Assembly: GCA_963700285.1 (NCBI GenBank)
Contig: CAVOXA010000001.1
Span: 1,472,001 to 1,536,000 of the forward strand
Origin: an uncultured Chloroflexia bacterium
GTDB lineage: Bacteria; Chloroflexota; Anaerolineae; JAAYZQ01
Reading direction: 5' to 3'
DNA: 64,000 nt
A model generated the notes under the pieces. It saw only the letters and a program-made list of their open reading frames with translations. It searched no databases and was not told where the DNA came from. Both the position numbers and the translations under genes were made by a program. Below are positions 1 through 8,778 of the stretch, piece by piece. Every line of letters starts with the position of its first letter. The first letter of the stretch is position 1.

Positions 1-143
1 TCAATGCCGTTTGAGGCACCCCCGTTGTCGGCTGATACTGGCAGGATCACCAGCACCAGAAGGAGTGCCGTCGTCAATACGACCAATTGGGTCTTTGCCA
101 TACGTTTCTGCTTGCCAGATCTGGATGTGAAAAAGCTTGTCAT
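1..143 (-). CDS. Secreted protein, N-terminal part only (runs off the left edge of the window)
   Basis: Not in the ORF track. ATG at 143 follows a GGAGGAG RBS and reads MTSFFTSRSGKQKRMAKTQLVVLTTALLLVLVILPVSA|DNGGASNGI..., a basic n-region, hydrophobic h-region and V-S-A cleavage site. Confidence 0.75.
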   Translation of the reverse strand, partial: MTSFFTSRSGKQKRMAKTQLVVLTTALLLVLVILPVSADNGGASNGI

Positions 144-206
144 CTTCTCTCCTCCGTTCTACCTCGTTAGATTGATTTGACTGAATCTGTTCTGAACCAC
201 GATTGC

Positions 207-253
207 AGTGTAGCACACGGATGTGCACAAACTCACTACAAAACGCGTACAAA
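207..253 (-). promoter_or_regulatory. Putative activator-dependent promoter: three 11-bp-periodic TTTGT(A/G) direct repeats plus extended -10
   Basis: On the + strand, cacaaa at 226, tacaaa at 237 and tacaaa at 248. TGC-TACACT (-10 at 207-212 on the minus strand) lies 13 nt from the proximal repeat. Confidence 0.6.
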
Positions 254-376
254 GCAGTGGTGGGCAAAAATACTGCAAGGAAACGCTGCTATCCCCAGGC
301 AACAGCAGCGCAGAGTCAGAGTGCTGGCGATACCGGTCGCGACCGGCCATGCCTGGCCAGAGATTGGCCAAGAAGA

Positions 377-640
377 TCAGACGCACCGGCCTGCGGAGAA
401 TAGGTGCGCGTCTTCCCCGCGCAGGATCGACCGCACTAACTCGTAGTGCGCCAACCGTTCGGCTAGCACGACCCGGCGATAGTCCAACTCGCACAACAGC
501 CAGTTAGCCCGGCGAGCATACCAGCGTGGTTGCGATCGCCTGATCTCCTGGATTATCTTTTGGTATGCGTTCTCACGCATGATATCTTTGACAAGAGCCT
601 CGTGTTCTGTACGTACGGTTTGAGCATCCCTAGGAATCAT
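377..640 (-). CDS. Small protein of unknown function (87 aa), paralog 1 of the C-X35-C-X-stop family
   Basis: ATG at 640 with a GAGGAG RBS. The C-terminal half CELDYRRVVLAERLAHYELVRSILRGEDAHLFSAGRCV aligns without gaps to the two neighbouring ORFs. Confidence 0.85.
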   Translation of the reverse strand: MIPRDAQTVRTEHEALVKDIMRENAYQKIIQEIRRSQPRWYARRANWLLCELDYRRVVLAERLAHYELVRSILRGEDAHLFSAGRCV

Positions 641-688
641 GATGAGTCTCCTCTGTATTCTGTCAGTTTCCTGGCACTGCAACCAGTA

Positions 689-943
689 TTAGCTACAGTG
701 CCCGGAGGAATACTTGCTCGCCTCGTCTGCATGAAGGATGGACTGTACCAAGTCGTAGCGTTCCAACCTTTGGGCGAGCACTACTCGATGATGGTCCAGC
801 TCGCACAGCAATCGGTCAAGCTGATGCAACAGCCATCGCCGCTGCCCATGCCGCCTGATCACTCGCGTCTGCTTCGGCAGCATGGCCTCCTGGAGGCGCA
901 GGTGGTAGAGCGATTCTTCCACTTGATAGTCTGGATGTAGCAT
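689..943 (-). CDS. Small protein of unknown function (84 aa), paralog 2
   Basis: ATG at 943 (alternative GTG at 952) with GGAG/GAGGA upstream. C-terminus CELDHHRVVLAQRLERYDLVQSILHADEASKYSSGHCS. Confidence 0.85.
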   Translation of the reverse strand: MLHPDYQVEESLYHLRLQEAMLPKQTRVIRRHGQRRWLLHQLDRLLCELDHHRVVLAQRLERYDLVQSILHADEASKYSSGHCS

Positions 944-1027
944 TGTCCTCACTCCATTGCCTGTTTCTGCTATCTTGTCTGCGGATGCGATCTCCCTCGC
1001 GAGACAGCAACCTTAGCTCGGAATGAG

Positions 1028-1063
1028 AACCTACCATGAGAGTGCCTACGGATTGCATACAAA
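1028..1063 (-). promoter_or_regulatory. Degenerate copy of the repeat promoter upstream of paralog 2
   Basis: On the + strand, tacgga at 1047 and tacaaa at 1058 (11 bp apart). TGG-TAGGTT -10 at 1028-1033 has the same 13-nt spacing as the other two copies. Confidence 0.4.
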
Positions 1064-1136
1064 GCCGCATGCTGGCGACGCAAATGTGCATTGCCAGCAT
1101 GCGGCTTTGGTACTCCTGCCGGATGACGTAATTCGA

Positions 1137-1403
1137 CTACCTACACTGACTCGTGGAGAAAAAGCTCGTTTCGCCAGCGCGCAGGATGGACTGCGCCATG
1201 TCAAATCGTTCCAGCCGCTGGGCGAGGGCCAAGCGCTGATAGTCCATCTCACAGCGCAGTCGATCCGCGTACTTGGAAAGCCGGCTCTCTTGCCTCTGTC
1301 CTTGGCTTGCTGCACGCCTCAATCGATGGGCGTCCAGGTCGCTCACGGTGTCTTGCTCATGCCTGGCCAGGATTGCTTCACCAGCGCCAAAGTCGATATA
1401 CAT
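1137..1403 (-). CDS. Small protein of unknown function (88 aa), paralog 3
   Basis: ATG at 1403 with a GGGAGG RBS. C-terminus CEMDYQRLALAQRLERFDMAQSILRAGETSFFSTSQCR. Confidence 0.85.
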   Translation of the reverse strand: MYIDFGAGEAILARHEQDTVSDLDAHRLRRAASQGQRQESRLSKYADRLRCEMDYQRLALAQRLERFDMAQSILRAGETSFFSTSQCR

Positions 1404-1489
1404 GTTGTGCCTCCCTTCGAAGCGTCAGCCAAAATGCTTGGGTTGCTGTCAAGGGAAATCCGGCAGCCTTCCCCTCACCCTTGCAGCAT

Positions 1490-1525
1490 ATTGTACCGGA
1501 GCAGGGATTACAAAGTGTTTACAAT
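1490..1525 (-). promoter_or_regulatory. Repeat promoter upstream of paralog 3
   Basis: On the + strand, tacaaa at 1509 and tacaat at 1520 (11 bp apart). TACAAT -10 at 1490-1495 is 13 nt from the proximal repeat. Confidence 0.6.
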
Positions 1526-1640
1526 GCAGGCGCTTGAAGGGGGAGTGTTGTATGCAGAGATGCATACAGGGAGAAGAGCCAACGGTCATTCTGTGCCCAG
1601 ATTTTGGGCCTGGCTTGACCGCCGGAAGGAGAGACGGGGG

Positions 1641-4600
1641 TCAAACGTCCAGTTTTTTCAGCACCTGGCTGGCCAATCGCTGGTCGTACGCGGCCCCCGT
1701 TGCCTGAGCCAACGCCAGTGCTTGGTGGGCGTAGGAGACAGCCTCGGCACGGTCGCCGGCGATGTCGTAGGCTTGGGCCAATCCTGACAACAGCCAGCTC
1801 TGCTCCGTGCAGGAGCCGATCTCCTGAGCCAGCGCCAAGCCCGCTTGCAGGTGTTGTATTGCCTCCGACGGGTGCTCCAGGCGTACGTTCAACCAACCCA
1901 GGTGCGTGTGGCACAGGATCTCCTGGGTGCGGTCCGCCGCCCCGCGGGCTATGGAGAGACTCTCTTCCAGAGATATCCGCGCCAGTGCCACGTCACCCAT
2001 GGCCCCGGCCGCAGCACCCATATCCCCAAGGGGCAGGCGCCGCTCCAGGTGCAGGCCGGCGGCCTCGCACCGCTCCAGAGCTTGTTGGGCCAGGTCCATT
2101 GCTTGCCTGCAATCATTTTCGTACCAGGAGAGGGTGGCCAGATTGCCCAGGGTATGAATCTCGTGGACGGTCTCGCCCAGCTCGATAAACTGTCCCAGCG
2201 CTTGCTCTAGATCTTCCCTGGCCAGGTCATAGTCGCCCAGGGCCCGCGCTGCGAGGCCGGACTCGCGCCGGCACATCGCCTCCAGCAGGCGATCCTCTGC
2301 TTCCAGGCTCAGCCGAATGCCGTCCACAGCGCTGGTCCGAGCGTCGGAGAAGCGGCAGAACCAACGGTGGCCGTAGGCTTCCCGCCACCGAAGGTGGGCC
2401 ATGGTCTGTGAGTCGCCCAGAGACGCGGCCAGACGAGCCACCGCTTCCGCATCTTGGGCGTAGGCCTCCATGTCGCCGAGCAGGCGCAGTGCCCAGCCTC
2501 GCTCGTACAGTGCTTCGACCCGGAGTCGCTGGTTGGCGGTCACAGCCTCCGGCCCTTCGAGGTCAACGGCTTCCCACTCCAACAGTTCCAGCGCCTTGTC
2601 AAAGTAGGCGCGCGCTTCGATGTGGGCAAAGACCTGCTTGGCTGTCCGGCCAGCCTGCAGAGCATAGGGTGCCGCTCGACCGGGCTGACCTGCACGCTCG
2701 AAATGTCGGGCCAGTGCCCCTGCATTGGCAGGGTCCAGCCGCTCCAGCGCTTCTCCTGCCCGCCGGTGCAATACTTCTCTGCGCTGGCGACTCAACTGCT
2801 GGTATACAGCCGTCCGGATCATCTCGTGGCGGAACCAATACCCGGTGGCCCCCTCCTCCACCAGGTTCCGTGCCACCACTTCATCAAGGCTGTCCACAGT
2901 CTCCATCTCACCTCTCCCGGACGTTTGACGTGCCAGCGCGAAACTGAAAGACCTGCCCAGGACTGCGCCAGATTCCAGTACCTGCCGAGCTCTGGGGCTG
3001 AGGCGCGCCACCCGTTCCTTGACGGCATCTAGGACGCTGTCGGGAAGGCATAGGGAATCAGCATCCACTAGCTCCTCTGGCTTGCATCCGGCCTCCATGA
3101 GCGACCGTACTGTCTCCAGGAGGAAGAAGGGATTGCCACCGGTGGCCTGTACGAGGCTGCGGACCAGATTCTGGTCACAAGGCAGAATGGCTTCAAGGGG
3201 CTTGAGCAGCTTCTGGATCTCGGCTTCGTTGAGCCCTGTGAGTGGCAGTTCAGTCAGCATGCCCTCTCGGGCCAAGCCCTGGCGCAGATTGAGGACGGTA
3301 TCAGCTTCTTCGCTGCGATAGGTTCCCAGGATCAGCAGCCTGGGGCGGGCTGCATGGGCCAGTTGCCTGCCCACGTAGACCAGCCAATCCAAGGTTGTTC
3401 CGCCAGCCCAGTGGAGGTCATCCAAGCAAAGGAGGACTGGTTGCGGGCCAGCTGCCAGGGCCAACAGGATCTGGTACAGCGCCTCAAATAGCGTAGCCTG
3501 TTCCGAACTGGCCATCGCTGTGGGCGGCATTTCAGGGTGCATGTGGCGCAGTTCAGGTATCAAGCGGCACACCTCGGCGTGACACCAGTCGGCAACCTCC
3601 AACCGATCATGGCGGGTCAGGAGCGCAGGCCGCAATGCCTCTGCCAGTGGCTGATAGGGACTCGATTGCGTGTCTGGATAGGCTGCGCCTACCAGTACCA
3701 GTGCCTCCTCACCCAGGCCCGCAGCAAATTCCTGCATCAACCGCGACTTGCCGATGCCGGGCTCGCCCGAGATGAGGAGAATTCCTCCCTGGCTCTCTCG
3801 GGTGAGGGCAAAAGCATCCTCCATCTGCCGAAGCGACTCGCCTCTCCCGACCAGCTCCACGTCGAGTCCTGGATGCGTGGTCCAGGTCACTTCTACAATG
3901 GGCTTGTGCTCCGCGTCGGGCCAGGGGGCCAGCCTGGGCTGAGGTGCTGGCGCCGCCTCCCCAAGCGGCCCATAGCTTGCCAGAGCAGCCTGGTAAGCCG
4001 CATGGGTCTCTGGAAGTGGCTCTACGCCCAGTTCGTTCTCCAAGATCGTGATGCAGTGGTTATACTGGCGTAGTGCCCCGCTGCGGTCTCCCACGGCCAC
4101 GTATAGTTCGATCACCCGACGATGAATGTCCTCGGCCAGATCGTCGGTTTCCAGATACTTTTGGGCGTAGGCAAGGGCTGAGTCATAGTTGCCTTCAGCA
4201 ATTCCATAGTCGATTAAAGCCGTGAGGGCTTCCAGGTAGACCCGCTCGCAGCTCTCACGTTCCACTGTCATCCAGCTCTCATACTCTGGACCATCAGGCA
4301 TTGAGAACCCGTGGAGGAACGGTCCCCGGTAGTGAGCTACGGCTTGCTGGAGTGCCGCCTGGGGCGCCGCCGAGGGTTGGCTGGCGCACAGACGCTCAAA
4401 GGCTACAAGATCTGACCATGACTGCCGGGGATCCAGTCCGATGTGATCCTCCTGCACGACCAGGACCTCCGGATCGGGCAGATCTCGCCGAAGGTGAGCG
4501 AGCAGGCCAGAAAGCTTGCGACGGGCGGTAAGCTCGGGAACGTCAGGCCAAAATAGAAAAGCCAGGTACTCACGGGGGATGGTGTCTCTCGAAGCTGCTA

Positions 4601-4730
4601 GCCGGAATAGCAGGGCGCGTACCTGGCGGCGCGAGATGGACAGGCGCCGACCTGCCCATTTCGTCGCGGGTGCTCCCAGCAAATAGACCTGCAGAATGGC
4701 TTTGGTATCTACAGTGGGCTTATCGATCAT
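1641..4730 (-). CDS. AfsR/SARP-like transcriptional activator: winged helix + BTAD + AAA ATPase + TPR
   Basis: N-terminal LQVYLLG...RALLFRLA...FWPD. BTAD motifs YRGPFLHGF, EDIHRRVI, ELGVEP. Walker A GEPGIGKSR, Walker B LCLDDLHW, TGGNPFFL, FRHEMIR and C-terminal TPR-like helices. Confidence 0.93.
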   Translation of the reverse strand: MIDKPTVDTKAILQVYLLGAPATKWAGRRLSISRRQVRALLFRLAASRDTIPREYLAFLFWPDVPELTARRKLSGLLAHLRRDLPDPEVLVVQEDHIGLDPRQSWSDLVAFERLCASQPSAAPQAALQQAVAHYRGPFLHGFSMPDGPEYESWMTVERESCERVYLEALTALIDYGIAEGNYDSALAYAQKYLETDDLAEDIHRRVIELYVAVGDRSGALRQYNHCITILENELGVEPLPETHAAYQAALASYGPLGEAAPAPQPRLAPWPDAEHKPIVEVTWTTHPGLDVELVGRGESLRQMEDAFALTRESQGGILLISGEPGIGKSRLMQEFAAGLGEEALVLVGAAYPDTQSSPYQPLAEALRPALLTRHDRLEVADWCHAEVCRLIPELRHMHPEMPPTAMASSEQATLFEALYQILLALAAGPQPVLLCLDDLHWAGGTTLDWLVYVGRQLAHAARPRLLILGTYRSEEADTVLNLRQGLAREGMLTELPLTGLNEAEIQKLLKPLEAILPCDQNLVRSLVQATGGNPFFLLETVRSLMEAGCKPEELVDADSLCLPDSVLDAVKERVARLSPRARQVLESGAVLGRSFSFALARQTSGRGEMETVDSLDEVVARNLVEEGATGYWFRHEMIRTAVYQQLSRQRREVLHRRAGEALERLDPANAGALARHFERAGQPGRAAPYALQAGRTAKQVFAHIEARAYFDKALELLEWEAVDLEGPEAVTANQRLRVEALYERGWALRLLGDMEAYAQDAEAVARLAASLGDSQTMAHLRWREAYGHRWFCRFSDARTSAVDGIRLSLEAEDRLLEAMCRRESGLAARALGDYDLAREDLEQALGQFIELGETVHEIHTLGNLATLSWYENDCRQAMDLAQQALERCEAAGLHLERRLPLGDMGAAAGAMGDVALARISLEESLSIARGAADRTQEILCHTHLGWLNVRLEHPSEAIQHLQAGLALAQEIGSCTEQSWLLSGLAQAYDIAGDRAEAVSYAHQALALAQATGAAYDQRLASQVLKKLDV

Positions 4731-4850
4731 GGCCTATCCTCATAGGCATCTGGTGCCTTGGAGCTTCATCTACTTTGTCTGGACCTAGTGCAGACGGCGT
4801 CCGCGCGCTGCTCCAAGAGCGTTCCGCCGGGAAAGATCCTCAATGCGACC

Positions 4851-5765
4851 CTATTGCCCTCGCTGATCGCGAGGGAGTCTGAGCTTGGCGTCGATAAAGA
4901 CCTCGTGGGGAAGCTTGAGGGCGTTGGCGACACTCCGGATCTCTTCGATCTCCTCGTAGCATGCCTGACCATCGGCAGCGGCTACGGCGAAAAGAACGTC
5001 GAGAAAGCCAGCGCGTTCCTCGTAGGTACACGCATCCGCAAACTCGCGTGCGAGGCGGTAGCGGTCCAGGTGAGACGCGGTTTCATCGACCGCCACATCT
5101 GCCACAAAGCTAGCCTGTTCGCGGGTCAGGTACCAGTGCGTTTCGAGAGCGTCGACCATTACCTCTACTTCAGGGTCTGTGACTTGAGGGTTTGCGCGGG
5201 CGACCTGGGCCATCACGCCACCTGCCAGACTCAGGGTTCGCAGCGTTTCCTCACCCAGGTCCAGTTCTGCCTCACCCTCATCCAAGCGGCGGCGAACGCC
5301 ATAGTAGACCCGGTTCTTTACATAGTCCTCGAAATAGTCCTCCCGATTTGGGGCATCTGCCAGCGCCGTAGAGCGCCGGCCAGTCATGCCCTTGGTCAGG
5401 CGCGAGAACAGGCCAAAATCGACCGACTCGATAGCGGCCTCTATCTCTGCGACGACCGCCTGTTCGTCCCCGGTGACCTCACCATCGGCCATCACCATCT
5501 CTTCCAGGGCTCTGAGGGTCAGAGCACGGTCTCCTGGCTTCTGAATCGCGCTGCGCAAATCCTCAACCAGACGCTCGCGTTCAGCGTCACCGACGGGGGT
5601 CTCGATGTACATTTCCAGTCGAGCCCACTGGAGGGCAGTGAGTTGGGGCATTCGGTAGAGGAGGTCTTTCATACTATTGATCTCCTCATTCGTTAGCTCT
5701 CCATCGGCCCAGGCTGCAGCGATAAGCACCTTGGCCAGTTTCACGATCAACTGTTCTTCCGACAT
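4851..5765 (-). CDS. TerB-family protein with tandem TerB-like domains
   Basis: Repeated ADG motifs: AAAWADGELTNEE, MVMADGEVTGDE, VAAADGQACYEEIEEIRSVA. GGAG RBS. Confidence 0.85.
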   Translation of the reverse strand: MSEEQLIVKLAKVLIAAAWADGELTNEEINSMKDLLYRMPQLTALQWARLEMYIETPVGDAERERLVEDLRSAIQKPGDRALTLRALEEMVMADGEVTGDEQAVVAEIEAAIESVDFGLFSRLTKGMTGRRSTALADAPNREDYFEDYVKNRVYYGVRRRLDEGEAELDLGEETLRTLSLAGGVMAQVARANPQVTDPEVEVMVDALETHWYLTREQASFVADVAVDETASHLDRYRLAREFADACTYEERAGFLDVLFAVAAADGQACYEEIEEIRSVANALKLPHEVFIDAKLRLPRDQRGQ

Positions 5766-5838
5766 ACGAATCGGTCTCCTCGGGTAAGGTGTTCACCCGG
5801 CGGCTGGGTCCGGCGGACCTGACGCGGGCTACCAGGCT

Positions 5839-6555
5839 CTACTCCTCTGAGTCCAGGAGGCAGTAGCCGACCCCGCGCACCGTGCGCAGCAGGGTGGGTT
5901 TCCTGGGTTCATTTTCGATCTTTTGGCGCAGCCAGCAGATGTGGACGCTGAGCGTGCGGGTATCCCCCACATAGTCGGTTTCCCACACCTGCTTCATGAT
6001 CTCCTGGCGGCTGACCACTCTACCTGCATTGCCCATGAGCAGGGCCAGCACACTTGCTTCCCTGGGCCGGAGCTGCCAGCTCTGTCCACCCCTGTGTAAC
6101 ACGCGACTATCCAGATCCAACACCAGGGAACCAACCTGGATCTGTCGGAAGGTGATATGCTCAGCGGCGACTCTGATCCGGTGCAGCAGCTTGCGTGAGG
6201 TGAAGGGACGAGTCATGAATGCCTCTGCGCCGCTGCCTGCGGCCTGATGTCCTTCCTCCAGGAGCAATACTGTCGGCACGCCCGCCAGGCGGCTACGGAC
6301 AATATCACTCACTGCGTACCCCCTCGGGCCAAAGGAGGCGACGTCAATCACCAGCAGGTTGGGGCGTAAGGACCGGATCTGGCCCATGGCTTGGCGTTGG
6401 TTGTGGGCCACTCCCACCTGATAGCCCTTCCGCTGGAGGCTGGGGACCAAAGAGTCAGCGGCCGAAATGTCGTTTTCGACAAATAGGATTCTTAGCCTCA
6501 CAGGTTCGCAACCTTGGGAACTGTTACGGCCCGGCAGGGACTTGCCCTGGCTCAT
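5839..6555 (-). CDS. OmpR/PhoB-family response regulator with an atypical receiver domain
   Basis: Winged-helix C-terminus VSRQEIMKQVW...DTRTLSVHICWLRQKIE...LRTVRGVGY. The receiver keeps the Asp (LLVIDV) but has TRPF in place of KPF. Start at ATG 6555 after GAGGAG. Confidence 0.85.
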   Translation of the reverse strand: MSQGKSLPGRNSSQGCEPVRLRILFVENDISAADSLVPSLQRKGYQVGVAHNQRQAMGQIRSLRPNLLVIDVASFGPRGYAVSDIVRSRLAGVPTVLLLEEGHQAAGSGAEAFMTRPFTSRKLLHRIRVAAEHITFRQIQVGSLVLDLDSRVLHRGGQSWQLRPREASVLALLMGNAGRVVSRQEIMKQVWETDYVGDTRTLSVHICWLRQKIENEPRKPTLLRTVRGVGYCLLDSEE

Positions 6556-6907
6556 CAGACTACTTGGCTCCTCGTAAGGGGTTGATACCATTATACCACA
6601 AAAGCCCGGAGCCTGCATCTGTCGAGGGCATGGTGTCTTGCCCGTACTAATGAGCATCCTAGCTGTACCCTCGTAGAGGAAGCCGCAGAGGCACCCGGTC
6701 CGGTGATTCTTGCCCTCGATGGAAAGGGGCCCCAGCCTTACTCGCTGCCATGGTACACGAATTTTATGAAATTGTCAAACCTATATCATGTAAAATCCAG
6801 GAAGACCGGGAGGCCCTGATAACCTGTACAGGCTGCCAGTGAAAACTGCCGGGTGCCTGCCCGGTCTACCAGGTCCGCTGCCGCGCCCTGTGCTCTCGGC
6901 CAGGGGA

Positions 6908-7982
6908 TCAGTCCTGGGGTATGATTTGTCCTTCCGGGGAAACGCCTCGGACTCTGTCGACGCCAGCATACGCGATGGCCGCAAACGTGGCCTCCAGTTT
7001 TTGGCCAGGCCCCAGCACGTGGGCTGAGCCATCCTGGACAGCCTGAGCCACCGTGGGTTGCACGGTGCTAAAGGGCTCCAGGGCTATGTTGTAGGTCCGC
7101 CCGTACCAGGGGGCAGTGTAGGCGCCGCCATAGACCTGCCAGAACCAAAGTGCTGGAAAGACTTCCAGTGGCCAAGCCATGGCGAAACCGACCTGGCGTC
7201 GGGTGTTGGTCACAGCATACCAGCCCTCCTGCAACTGGTCCAGGAACAGGGTATCCGAGGTATCCGCTTCCGCGGAGGCTACGTCGCGCAGGTCAATGAC
7301 GCCCCCATCTCGTCCGGGGATCATGGGCCAGTCGTGGATGCCGGCCGCAAATCGGGTGTTTGACGTCAGGCTGGTGCAATGGACCCGCGCGCCTGGAAGG
7401 TCGATCCTGCAGGTCTCATCAACAAAAGGGGCGCCCAGGGCCGGGTGCTGGCCCCACATCAGATTCTATGGGAACCCGGCCTTCATTGACAATCAGCTCT
7501 TCAATCTTGAGCACTGCCCGGTCTCGTTCTAGCGACAGCGTCTTCTCTACGTAGAGGGGAGTACGGTAAGTGCGTACCCAGAGCTGGATCGCCACGCAAT
7601 CGGGAGTGTCTTTGACGATGCGGTACTCCCAGGGGATGGTTGGTGTCTCGCCATGGGCGCCAAAGGGCAACCCTTGGTACTCCCCGGGGTTGCCGCCCGA
7701 GGGCAGGCAGTCCTGCCAGCCCCCCTCGTAGTAGTCCAGGAAGGCGCTGGCCCGATGGTGGTCGGTGGCCACAAACCGCGCCGGGTCGCGCACGCCCCAT
7801 GGCGATCGCCACAGAAAGTCTACGTCTAGCGGCTTGTACAGGAACTCAAAGATATCGCTGCCCTTGTCCGCCAGAACGCTAATGCGCAGTAGTTCGTTTT
7901 CCAACGCGATGGTGCGCAAGCCCTTGTATACGTACTCGGTCAGGCGGCAGCCGTAGTTCCGTTCGTGCGTGTAATAGATCAA
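6908..7982 (-). CDS. Aldose-1-epimerase/galactose-mutarotase-like protein (DUF4432-like), split by a +1 indel near 7462
   Basis: ORF 7419-7982 (LENELLRISVLADKGSDI, YEGGWQ, HGE) continues into ORF 6908-7459 (MWGQHP, IALEPFS). Removing one A gives ...PIDLMWGQHP. Confidence 0.8.
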
Positions 7983-8776
7983 TTTCCTCCTCCTCGGGAT
8001 CCGCGCAGGGATTCCCCGGGCTCAAACCGAAGGGTACGGATGCGGATCTGCCCGTCCGCAAAGGCCAGCAAGTTGAAGCCCGGCTGCTCACCAGATCTCT
8101 CTGCGCTGGCAGCATCAGCGTTGCCGCTGAACTGCCATCCCGTGGCGGGACAGCTCGCGACCAGAACGCCACGGTGGATACAGGTTACTTGCATGTGCAA
8201 GTGAGCGACAAAGACACCGCACAGGCGGCTTGCATACCGAGCGGCCACGACCCAAAACTCATCCATGTTGCGCAGGTTGATGTTGTCCAGCCAGGGTACG
8301 CCGATCCTTAGCGGTGGATGATGCATAAAGATCAAGATTGGTTGTGGATGGCAGTGTGCGAGATCGTCATCAAGCCACTGTAGCTGGGCCTCATCCAACA
8401 GGCCAAACCCCTCTCCGGTCCCTGCCGAGTGAAGGAGAACAATGTGATAGCCAGCCGAGTCAAAGGAATAGTAGCCCGGGAAACCAGGAGAAGGGGGCGG
8501 CTGTGCGGTCCTTCGGTACGTATCCAGGTGGTCATGATTTCCCATCACCAGGTGAACCGGCTGCTTCAGCGCTGAAAAAGCGTCTTGCAGGACACCATAG
8601 TCCGCACCAGCTCCGTCGTTGAACATGTCGCCGCCAGTGATGATCAGATCAGGCTGAGGCTGTAGGGACTGCAGAACGCTCACAGCCCTGTCCAGGTGCA
8701 GGTAAGGGCTGATTCCGTACAAGCGTTCGGCCCGGTCATTGGGCAGGTGAAAGTCAGACAGGTGAACGATCCGCAT
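7979..8776 (-). CDS. Calcineurin-like metallophosphoesterase (CpdA/Icc/GpdQ-like)
   Basis: Motifs HLSDFH, TGGD, GNHD, MHHPP and AHLH. Confidence 0.88.
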   Translation of the reverse strand: MRIVHLSDFHLPNDRAERLYGISPYLHLDRAVSVLQSLQPQPDLIITGGDMFNDGAGADYGVLQDAFSALKQPVHLVMGNHDHLDTYRRTAQPPPSPGFPGYYSFDSAGYHIVLLHSAGTGEGFGLLDEAQLQWLDDDLAHCHPQPILIFMHHPPLRIGVPWLDNINLRNMDEFWVVAARYASRLCGVFVAHLHMQVTCIHRGVLVASCPATGWQFSGNADAASAERSGEQPGFNLLAFADGQIRIRTLRFEPGESLRGSRGGGN

Positions 8777-8778
8777 GG

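Noticed and set aside
1-267. 88-aa minus-strand ORF from the track
   Set aside because: It overlaps the repeat promoter. A different frame (ATG 143 with strong RBS and signal peptide) is far more credible.
377-1403. Calling the three microproteins RiPP precursors outright
   Set aside because: No modifying enzyme, peptidase or exporter is visible in the window, and the conserved part is C-terminal rather than a leader. Kept only as a hypothesis.
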